The translations under genes were made by a program, and so were the position numbers. Positions 11,517 to 23,472 of a DNA stretch of 64,000 nucleotides are shown here, piece after piece. Where the stretch lies: assembly GCA_002104945.1 (NCBI GenBank), contig MCFH01000037.1:434001-498000 (forward strand), in the 5' to 3' direction. Source of the DNA: Piromyces finnis finn (Eukaryota > Fungi > Neocallimastigomycota). The notes below the pieces were generated by a model. The model was given only the letters and a program-made list of their open reading frames with translations. It was not told where the DNA came from and ran no database searches. Each line of letters begins with the position of its first letter. Positions within the stretch are counted from its first letter, which is position 1.

Positions 11517-14225
11517 TTATTCTTTAGCCTTATTTTCTATGTAACCATTTAATCCAATAACTTCCATATCAACAACTTCAAAGTTAATAACCCAATCTTT
11601 TGTTGAGGAACCACGAGTCATTGATGGTGTAAAGGATTCTTTCATATTTTGTTTAGTTGGGTGGAATTGATAGACACCATAATGAAGAGATTTATCAAGG
11701 GAAAGTCTAGCTGTTTCACCAATACCACCAAAACTAATACCATGGGTTTGATGGTAGTGTATATAATTATTATTGAAAACAATACTATTATAAACTTCAA
11801 AGTAAGGAGTTAATTCAAAGAGAAGAGTTTCTTCATTACCAAAATAGTTTCTAGATTCATGCCAACGTTCGGGAATGTAGGCACCTAGAATTATATTACT
11901 TTTTGTAATATGAGTACCAGAACAATTTTCGACAATAGGACGAGCATTAATTAAAAGAATGGTTGGTCCGGAATAATAAAAAATGTTACTTTCAAAGGAA
12001 TAAAGACTGTAACCATCTTGACTACCAGCGTAAAGAACATACCATGTACTTTGTTCCATATCGGATTCGGAAGGTATAGTATTATCTTCTTCATTATCAA
12101 GAAGATTTCCAAATAATTGTCTATTCTTTTCATCATCAAGTTTCTTTTGATCACTTGAGAAAAGTACGGATTCTAATGGTAAAATGTTACTTAAAAGCCA
12201 CATTTGATAAGGTGATAAAATTTTACTTTGACGAGACTTTTCACTATAGAGTGGAATGGTTTTTTCTTTAGTGAGAGAAGTGATATAAGGGGATATATCT
12301 GGTCCTAAAACTTCATCTTTTTCTAAAGTTGGTGTTTCAGGAATAGTAATTTTTTTATCCAAGGATATAATACTCACAAATTTATCACGAATAAATCCTT
12401 CAAAAGAATTAAAGATTCTTGGGAATTGCGATTTAATCCAATATTGAAGTTCAGCTAAAGTTAATCTTTCATCTTCAGGGAATACATCATTCTTTCCATT
12501 TTCTAAAATTTCACCTTTATCTAAGTAACGGTAAATTTGATCAATTAATGTCTTTAACATTTTACGATCAACGGCCATACGTTGTTGAGATTTTTTAGTT
12601 GTACCATTTTCGGTTAAGAAATTCTTATTTAAAAGAAGGAATTTTGAAATAGCAATATAAGCCATACCCTCAAAAATTTCAACCATATCATAATAGGTGA
12701 TATAGGATTTAAGATCTTGTTCATTAATTTCATAGATGGGTAAAGAATTTTTTTCAGCAAAACTGAAACTATTACCGACAGGTTCTTTAATTAAATATTT
12801 TTTTCTTTCTGGCATTATATCATAAACATGATAACCTTTTTCTGTGTAGGCTTCACTCATAGAAATTTCATTTAAAAGACGTCTTTCTTTCATGACTTTT
12901 TCAATTTCTTTTCTATCAATTTTATATTCATTCTTTTTAACAGTACCATCAAAGACAGAATGTGCCCAAATATCAATAATTCTATACATGGCAGAACCAA
13001 TATTAATATGAGATTCTAAACCATAAGAAGCAATACAATGTAAAAAGGCATGGAAACTAATTTCATTAATAGCAACACCAATTTTACTTTGATCTCTTTC
13101 ATGATAATGATACATATGTTGAGCAAAAGCTTCAAAAAAGTGATCAGCAACTTTTTGGTTTACCCCTAAATGTTCCTACATTAATGTATATATAATTTAA
13201 TAATAATATACGTAGATAATAAAAAAATTATTTCAATTATTATTTATTTTTATTTTTTTTTTAATTGTTAATATCTAATATGTTATTGCTTTTTTTATAT
13301 TAATATTAAACTACACATTACTAATTAATTATAATATAAATATATATATATATATATATAATTACATAAAAAGCATCTCTATCGAATTTTAATGTATTAA
13401 TTTCGTCATGTGTAATTTTATCATTAACTTCAACATTTTGATCAATACTTTTTGATCTTTTACATAAACCCTATATTTATAATCAATTAATATAATGAAT
13501 AAATATATAAGAAAAAATAAAAAAAATATTAGTATTAATGTATTTATTAATAATTAAAGAAATTCTTTTATATATATAATATTATTAAAATGAAAGTTAT
13601 ATCTATTTATGTTGATAATATATTCGATTTTTCTTTCTTTTTTTTTTTTTTTTTATTTTCATATTAATATTTTAAACTTTATTTGAATTTCTGTTATAGA
13701 TATAATATTAATTATTGATAAAATAGATCCAACATATTACTTTTTTTTTTTTTATCAATTTGAAGATTTATAATATTACTTAATTTGAATTTTTAAGTTA
13801 ATAAATAATGAATGAATTATATGTAAAATGTTTAATTTATAGAATTTAGCACTATGAAACAAAGTGATATTTGAAAATAAGTTCTAAATATTATAATTTC
13901 ATTAAACATTTTCTAAAAATAATAGTGTTCTTATTAATATTTATTATCTATCACAGAGTTATTTATTAATTGTAATTATTATAATATTTTTCTAGTAATG
14001 AAGTGATAACCTGTATAAAAAAATAGAAATGTTTATATTAATATATACTTTAAATAATAAGATAACAGTTCTTTTTTCTTTTGGATTAAAGCAAGATAAT
14101 AATGCCTTTACACAACTTGATTCAGAAGAACAATATTCTTCAATTTCTTCCGTCTCTTTATTCTTATTAAAATGTAAAAATCCTGTTTTCTTTTTTGCTG
14201 TATAACCAGAAATGATGGTTGCCAT
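11517..14225 (-). CDS. TLDc-domain protein (Rtc5/MEAK7-like), 3 exons, about 646 aa
   Basis: Exons 14225-14049, 13470-13366 and 13175-11517 splice in phase at GT-AG. C-terminal TLDc motifs: WYVLYAGSQDGYSLYSF, YSGPTILLI, ILGAYIPERW, YFGNEETLLFEL, GISFGG, FEVVDMEVIGL. Confidence 0.85.
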
Positions 14226-15423
14226 TATAAATACACTTTTAATTTATTCTTTATTAAAAAATATTTATAGTAATAAAATTATGGAAAAATTTTTATTAAT
14301 CTATATAAATCATGTTACAATATATATATATAAAGGATAATTGATAAAATACTATTACAAATCTTTGGAATAGCTGAATATAAAATTTTTTTTTTCTTTC
14401 TTTTTTTTTTTTGCTTTGTTTATTATATTTATTATTATTAAATGTTTATTATAATAGTTTTTCTTTTTTTCTTTTTTTTTTTTTTTAATTTTATTTTGAA
14501 AGAAGAATATATTTTAAATATAAGAAAAATATTTTTCGCCAACCCATAAAAAAATGGATGTAATATAAATTATTAATTTAGTTAATTTATAATTTCTCCC
14601 TAATGAAAATCTCGATAAAAATTTTAATATCATAAATGTTATAAGAATTATAAAGTGCATTAATTTCATTTAAAGTAAATGTAAACTTTATTTTTTATTG
14701 TTCCATACCAAAGAATTAATTATATGAAATTTATAATTTATTATAATAATCCTTCTTTTAAGTATTCTTTCTTTCTTTTTTTTTTTATTTATTTATTTCT
14801 ATATAACCTAATTTTACATAAATAAAACTTGTTAATTTTAATTTGATAATATTTGTATATAACAGTATAAATATGATTACTATATTACTATTATTTTTAA
14901 AAATTTAATAAAAAAGTTGACAAAAAAAAAAAAAAAAGTGTAACCAATTTATTGTAAAATTTTTTGAATTAACTATTACAAATTACAGCACTTGTCAGGA
15001 GACAAATTTATGATTTTTATTAATTATTCAAATCTTCTGACTTTTATTATTAATTCATCTATACTATATATATATATATTTTATTGATTGATTATTTTAA
15101 TTTGTCTTTATATTATTGAATATTACAGGATAATAAAGGAATTATTTATATATTTTAAACAAAAGTTATTGTGTTTAATTTGTCAGCATTTTCAAAAGTT
15201 AATTTTTTTCCCTTTTTATTTAGTTACTTTTTAATAATAATGAAATAAAAAAAAAAAAAAAAAAACAAACTTTAAAGTTGTATGATAAGTAAAATGAGTA
15301 TATAATAATAATATTTTTTTCATTTAAAAATTTCAATTAAATTCATAAAAATTTAGATTGCATTTTAAATAGTAGTAAAGAGAGACAAATGGACTTTTAA
15401 CTTTCCTTATTTTTGATGATGCT

Positions 15424-15497
15424 TCTTTGTGAATTATCATTTAATTCTGTATTGTATTAAAATTCCTTATTTTTTTAACATCAACACTTGTAGTAAA
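15424..15497. repeat. 74-bp host segment X, duplicated at 17847-17920
   Basis: Ungapped alignment with 5 mismatches in 74 nt; each copy is directly followed by a LINE poly-T. Confidence 0.9.
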
Positions 15498-15874
15498 TTT
15501 TTTTTTTTTTTTAACAGCATCAAATATTTTTAAACTTTATTATTAATTTAATTAAAATTATAATACATATAATATAAAAAATTAAAAAATAAAAATAAAA
15601 ATAAAAAAAAATGGTTTAAATAAACATAAATGAATAAAAAATTGTGTATAATGTATTCTACTAAAGTATAATAATTGTATTTGACTTCCAATGGGACACC
15701 GAGTCAAAGATCAAAATTTTATCATGGGACAAAATTATGATCTCCATTGGTTGCTGGCCAATAGCAAAAAGCATGATTTTGGTCAGTTGTTCCGCGGTTA
15801 TCGTCAAGAATGGTGTTCCTTCGTTAGTGTAAGATTGAATCTGACACTTGCAAAATTCTTTCCATTCCTTTGAA

Positions 15875-15879
<5 letters not shown>
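15498..15879 (-). mobile_element. LINE copy A: old, decayed 3' fragment
   Basis: Short poly-T, many transitions relative to the other copies, two internal deletions (one between GCTGGCC direct repeats). Confidence 0.9.
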
Positions 15880-15916
<37 letters not shown>

Positions 15917-17846
15917 GGCATCAAATATTTTAAACTTTATTATTAATTTAATTAAAATTATAATACATGTAATAAAAAAATTAAAAATAAAAATAAAAAT
16001 AAAAAAAAATATGTTTAATTAAACACAAATGAATAAAAATTGGGTATAATGTATTCTAGTAATTTTAATTAAAGTAAGAAAGCCACTATCATACTAAAGT
16101 ATAATAATTGTATTTGACTTCCAATGGGACACCGAGCCAAAGATCGAAATTTTGTCATGGAACAAAATTATGATCTCCATTGGTTGCGCTGGCCCTCCTG
16201 GCCTGTCTTACTGTTTCTTCAGCATTGACGCTCTTGGATGTTGCTTCAAACCTTTTGAACATTGACCATTGCTGGCCAATAGCAAAAGGCATGATTTTGG
16301 TTAGAAGTTCCGCGGTTACCGTCAAGAATGGTGTTCCTTCGTTAGTACCAGATTGAATCTGACGCTTACAAAGTTCTTTCCATTCCCTTGAATTGTAATT
16401 AATATTGTTAAAACTTCTTCCCCCAAGAAGGAATTTAAATATTTTACTGCACACACTAGAATAATCATACACATTAATATTCACCGGATTATTAGAACTA
16501 TTACTATCATTAACTAAATTACTATCTAAATTAGAATTATTATCTTCACTATTGCTATCATTACTAATATCATTACTAATATTATTATTTCTATTACTAC
16601 TATTGTTATTATTACTATTGTTATTATTAATATTATTACTATTACTATTACTGTTATTGCTATCTCTGCTGATATTAACATTTTCATTATTATTGATAGG
16701 ACTATTGGAATTACGTTGACTGAAAAAATTTAATAGATGGACTATAGAATCATAATGTTTAATACGGATATCTCTAAATGTTGGACAATCTAATAACCAA
16801 TGTTTAATACTTTGATCTCCACACTTGCAACATGGACAGTAGTTAGGACAAACTGGATCAACAAATTTAGCAGCTTTGGCAACTCTAGCATCCAACTTGT
16901 ATCCGCTTCTTGCTTTCAATAGCCAGTAGAAGCCATAGGCAAACTCTGGGTACTCATAACATAATTTAATAAAATCTTTAGTTTCAATAAACTTATTATC
17001 ATCATAATATTGCGCTTTGATTGAATTCCCTTTGAGATCTTTCCAATAAAAGTTTTTAACTGCTTTAACATCTCCATGTTTCTTTAATTTTTTATCAAGT
17101 GTCCTATTTGATTTGCACCACGTGTATTTTCTAAATTTAGGAATGTAATTGACAAGGTGTGAGATAATACAATTTGAGTTTTTCCATTTGTTAAAACATC
17201 TAACCTGAGCTAATGCACATTTGGCTGACAATGGAGGAATATTCAAATCTTTTGAGATAGAGTATAAAGATATAAACGATACAGCTTTATGAACTCCGGC
17301 AACCCATCGTAATCCTTTGTTAACATGCTTCTGAGCAATCCTAGACCTAGCTTTGTTGGATCCAAGTAATGGTGCAAAGTATGAAACTCTGCTAATCACT
17401 TGTGAGTTAAGTACTAGTTTTTTGAAAGGAATAGGAATATTAGGATTTCTTAAGAATTTACTGACTGAGAAAAGCCCTTTCAAAACCTTGTTATTAAGAG
17501 CTTTAATTACTGGTTTAAGGGACAGATTCTTATCAAATGGAACACCAAGATAAGTATAGCAATCAGTAGTTGGAATGGGTTGTCCTGCTAAGTAAAATGT
17601 TGGATCTCTCTTGATCTGATTTTCTATTGATTCAGGACGAATCACCATCGTTGAACATTTCTGAATACCAAATTCCATTTCATTATACAATGCCCATTCA
17701 TTAACTCTTCTAAGCATCTTTTTTAAGCATCCTCTTGTTGGAGCACAAATAACTATATCATCTGCAAAAAGTCCACCACAGCATCGAGTGTCACCTAAAC
17801 TGACTCCTAGATCTTCGCACTCTTTAAATATATTTTACTGCACACA
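15880..17846 (-). mobile_element. LINE copy B: 5'-truncated within the RT domain
   Basis: Poly-T 15880-15913, 3'UTR, ORF end (16155) to truncation at 17833; junction filler 17831-17846. Confidence 0.95.
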
Positions 17847-17917
17847 TCTTTTTGAATTATCATTTAATTCTGTATTGTATTGAAATTTCTTATTCTTTTA
17901 ACATCAACACTTTTAGT

Positions 17918-17920
<3 letters not shown>

Positions 17921-17956
<36 letters not shown>

Positions 17957-20900
17957 GGCATCAAATATTTTAAACTTTATTATTAATTTAATTAAAATTA
18001 TAATACATGTAATATAAAAATTAAAATAAAATAAAAATAAAAAAAAATATGTTTAAATAAACACAAATGAATAAAAATTGGGTATAATGTATTCTAGTAA
18101 TTTTAATTAAAGTAAGAAAGCCACTATCATACTAAAGTATAATAATTGTATTTGACTTCCAATGGGACACCGAGCCAAAGATCAAAATTTTATCATGGGA
18201 CAAAATTATGATCTCCATTGGTTGCGCTGGCCCTCCTGGCCTGTCTTACTGTTTCTTCAGCATTGACGCTCTTGGATGTTGCTTCAAACCTTTTGAACAT
18301 TGACCATTGCTGGCCAATAGCAAAAGGCATGATTTTGGTTAGAAGTTCCGCGGTTACCGTCAAGAATGGTGTTCCTTCGTTAGTACCAGATTGAATCTGA
18401 CGCTTACAAAGTTCTTTCCATTCCCTTGAATTGTAATTAATATTGTTAAAACTTCTTCCCCCAAGAAGGAATTTAAATATTTTACTGCACACACTAGAAT
18501 AATCATACACATTAATATTCACCGGATTATTAGAACTATTACTATCATTAACTAAATTACTATCTAAATTAGAATTATTATCTTCACTATTGCTATCATT
18601 ACTAATATCATTACTAATATTATTATTTCTATTACTACTATTGTTATTATTACTATTGTTATTATTAATATTATTACTATTACTATTACTGTTATTGCTA
18701 TCTCTGCTGATATTAACATTTTCATTATTATTGATAGGACTATTGGAATTACGTTGACTGAAAAAATTTAATAGATGGACTATAGAATCATAATGTTTAA
18801 TACGGATATCTCTAAATGTTGGACAATCTAATAACCAATGTTTAATACTTTGATCTCCACACTTGCAACATGGACAGTAGTTAGGACAAACTGGATCAAC
18901 AAATTTAGCAGCTTTGGCAACTCTAGCATCCAACTTGTATCCGCTTCTTGCTTTCAATAGCCAGTAGAAGCCATAGGCAAACTCTGGGTACTCATAACAT
19001 AATTTAATAAAATCTTTAGTTTCAATAAACTTATTATCATCATAATATTGCGCTTTGATTGAATTCCCTTTGAGATCTTTCCAATAAAAGTTTTTAACTG
19101 CTTTAACATCTCCATGTTTCTTTAATTTTTTATCAAGTGTCCTATTTGATTTGCACCACGTGTATTTTCTAAATTTAGGAATGTAATTGACAAGGTATGA
19201 GATAATACAATTTGAGTTTTTCCATTTGTTAAAACATCTAACCTGAGCTAATGCACATTTGGCTGACAATGGAGGAATATTCAAATCTTTTGAGATAGAG
19301 TATAAAGATATAAACGATACAGCTTTATGAGCAACCCATCGTATTCCTTTGTTAACATGCTTCTGTGCAATCCTAGACCTGGCTTTGTTGGATCCAAGTA
19401 ATGGTGCAAAGTATGAAACTCTGCTAATCACTTGTGAGTTAAGTACTAGCTTTTTGAAGGGAATAGGAATATTAGGATTTCTTAAGAATTTACTGACTGA
19501 GAAAAGTCCTTTCAAAACCTTGTTATTAAGAGCTTTAATAACTGGTTTAAGGGACAGATTCTTATCAAATGGAACACCAAGATAAGTATAACAATCAGTA
19601 GTTGGAATGGGTTGTCCTGCTAAGTAAAATGTTGGATCTCTCTTGTTCTGATTTTCTATTGATTCAGGACGAATCACCATCGTTGAACATTTCTGGATAC
19701 CAAATTCCATTTCATTATACAAGGCCCATTCATTAACTCTTCTAAGCATCTTTTTTAAGCATCCTCTTGTTGGAGCACAAATAACTATATCATCTGCAAA
19801 AAGTCCACCACAGCATCGAGTGTCACCTAAACTGACTCCGAGATCTTCGCACTCTTTAAATATATCATTAATAAAGAGATTAAAGAGAATAGGAGAAAGA
19901 GGGCATCCTTGACGGACTCCTTTCTTCACATCAAAAGATTTCGAGAATTGTCCATCTAATTTGACATTAGCCTTAGATGTTAAATATAAATTTTTGATGA
20001 ATTGTAAACTCTTACCTCGGATTCCTAAACAATCTAATTTATGGAGAATATTACCGATTGGGACTGAATCGTATGCTTTCCTGAGATCTAAAAAGGCCAA
20101 ATATGTCTCTTTATTATCTAATTGACGTCTACGGCATATTTCTTGGATTGAAATGAAAAGACTGATACTTTCTTCCTTTTTTCGAAAACCAAATTGTTCA
20201 GGTCTAATGAAATTATTCTTTAGACCATATTCTGAGATTCTAGTGGTGACAATTTTGGAAATCAACTTAATACCATTATTGATAAGTGATATACCTCGAT
20301 AGTTATCACAATCTGTCAAATCACCCTTCTTAGGAATAGAAACAATACTGGATTCATTCCATGAGTTGGGGAAGTCTCCATCCCAAATACGGTTGTATAA
20401 TTTAAGAATAAAATTTAAACCATAAGCATCATTATCTGAAGTGGTATTACCGGAAGAATTATTATCTGTAGCATTATTAGAATCATTACTTGATGGAATT
20501 AATGCTTTGTAAAATTCAATTGGAATACCATCCGGACCTGATGCTTTATAATTCGGAGTAGAGAGGATAGCTGACTTGATTTCATCAATACTAATATCTT
20601 GGTTGATATCCCATTCATCAAGCATAGGGAGTGAAAAACGTTTATTCGTTGGTTCTTCATACCAATGCTCCAAATCAAGACTTACGCCACTTGGATCTGA
20701 TGCAAGATTTTCGAAATGATCATGCCACACATCTAGTTGTTCTTCCGTAGCAACAACTAATTCTCCATTTTTATTTTTAATTGGTTGAGCAATAAAGAAA
20801 GAATCTTTTCCAATTTTTGCAGTTTTCTTGATCCATTTCCAGGCCTTCTTAGGATTATGACTCTTCATATACTCACATCCTGTTTTAATCCAATGAAGAT

Positions 20901-23472
20901 ATTCTTGCTTCCTAAATTCATTACATCTTTTGTGGATGTAATCAATGAGCTTACGGTAGATTTTAATTCTTTTAATAAATTCATCTATATCATAAATTCT
21001 TTCTTTTTTAAATCTCTTATACAACTTCATTTTGATTTTTTGGAGATTAAAAATTTGTTGTGAAATATGAAATGAAGACTTTATAACATTATTTGCTGAG
21101 GTAATACTGAGCTCGTCTGCAATTGAAAAAGCAGTTGAAGTAAATTCTTTGGAAAGATCATCTGTAGAAACATTAGGATCGTTGAATTTTGCTGAAAGTA
21201 TTTGGAATTTATTATGACTGAGAATAGATTCCTTTTCCTCAATACATTTTAATCTATTCCATTTCAGAATTTTCTTAGGAACGTTAAAGTCATTAGAAAA
21301 ATCTTCCATAGGAATAATTTTACCATTAATAAGAAGTGGCTTATGGTCTGATACAGGATAAAAATTATTTATAAATGATCCTGAGTGAATAAGATCTTTC
21401 ATCTTCGAATTGATAAGAGCATGGTCAATGTCGGAAGATTGTTCACCTCGAGTCCAAGAGATAGTAGACCCTCTAAGCGGAAGAATTTCCCAATCTCCTA
21501 ATCCATTAGTTGATAACCAGTTGGATAATTTTACTTTAGACATATTAAAATCACCAACAAGAATCGATGGATGGGATGAATGAGTTTGTAACCACAAGCG
21601 AACTTCTAACTTTGCATGATCAACATAGATGTTGTGATGACTATGAGGCATATAAACATTTCCAATCGAGCATTTGAATCTATTCCAGAGACTAAAAGTA
21701 TAAATAGAAATAATATACTTTCCAGAGAAGTTTTCAAGTGAGGCTTGACACGAATTGTGAAAACCTAAATATAAACCTCTCATTCCAGGAACTGATTCGT
21801 CAGCTTTCTTGAAAAAGTGTCTATAGTTTCGCAAAGTAACACGACAAGGATAATCTGTATTCGATCCAGAACCATTACCAATTTCTTGGAAACATAAGAA
21901 TAATGGTTTGAAAATAGCTGTGAAATAGCTAATACTATCTCTCTTTTCATGATTCCACCCATTGGTGTTCCAACTAAGACAAAAAGAAAAGTTATCAGGC
22001 TTGTTGGATGAGGAAGAATCGTTGCTATTATTATTATTATTAAAGTCATCGTTATTAATGGATGATGCATCAGAGGAATAAGTAGAACTATTACTAGATG
22101 GCTGTGAAACTGAAGAACTATCAACTATTGAACTGTTATCAGAGTTGATAGAACTATTAGAATTAATTGTTGAATGTTGAGATTGAAATTGTGTTTGCTG
22201 TAGATCTGGAATATTTTCATGATGGGAAACTTGTTGAAGATCCTGTTGAAGATCTTGTTGAAGATCGGATTGTTGATGAGATTGTTGAACTGATTGTTGA
22301 ACTGATTGTTGAAATGATTGTTGAATAGAATGTTGATGTTTATTAGAAACTAAAATTTTACGTTTGAGAGTGGAAAAAGTGTATTTGTGATTCCTTCTAC
22401 TACGAGCTGAAAAGGAAATTGAGGTAACTGAAAGTTTCTTCTTTAACATGTGTAAGATTTTAATACAATCTTTTGATGAACCATGAACCTTGACTAAGAA
22501 AAAGTGATCATTGAAAGTTTGAAAATATTTAACACTAATAACTGAATTAAGTTTATCTTCTAGAATAACCTCGAGTTTTTCCCATAGCATATTTACTGAC
22601 CATGATCGAATACCACGGATAAAGAAGGAGCGAATATCATCTAAGGGGATACCATAAGACCGGGTACCACGTCTGATATAATTCTTATCTTTAATATAAA
22701 GGACTGACATGATAATAAATTCTAATTAAAAAATATTGAATATAAAATAAATACTAATAAAAATTACAAATATAACGTATATGGAAAAAAATCTGTCTCT
22801 CTCTCTCTTCTTAAAAGTACTGGATAGTACAAAAATTGTTACGATGCTTTGTTTAAAGTTTCTTTTTTTGAATTCTAGTTGTAAATTTTCTTTAAAAATT
22901 CTAGTTTTGGTTTGTTGTTAGTAAATTCGATTCGCTTTTTGACACTAAACTTGTTTGACTTTACTTTTCATTAAATATTTAAATTGGTAAAAAATTTGAA
23001 TCAAGAATGTCGACACCAGAAAGCTTGTGAATAGTATTTTTACATGATGTAGAGTGAATCAGTCTCTTACAAGAAACAATACAACAATAGCTACATGAAT
23101 ATAAAAGTACAATGCAAATGCTAAAGTTGACTACATTGGATTCTTACAAGAGAAGAGTAGTACTACATGAATACATGAATAAAAGAAAAAATACAGCAAC
23201 AAAATGTATTACTCTTCTAATTAAATACTATACAAACTTACCTGAAAAATCAAACATTCACTTATTCATCAAATACTTAAATTTGATGAATAAAATGTTT
23301 TTTAATCGCTCAGTACCATGAGCTTAGTCCTAATAATTTTCCCTTGAAGACTAACCAAGCATCCATTGCGCAATACTTGGATTTAATTCTTTCTACTCTC
23401 TCAGTACCATGAGCATGAGTAGACCCCCTTGAGAAACTACATTTATTAAATAAATGAAGGCACGTTCCCAAG

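Noticed and set aside
23112-23321. 69-aa antisense ORF in the LINE leader, repeated at 30459..30668 (ORF0-like?)
   Set aside because: Identity between copies only reflects near-identical DNA; no motif and no synonymous variation to show selection.
23300-23430. Repeated CTCAGTACCATGAGC units as a CRISPR-like array
   Set aside because: Only 2-3 copies with non-uniform spacing, inside a eukaryotic LINE leader, and no cas genes.
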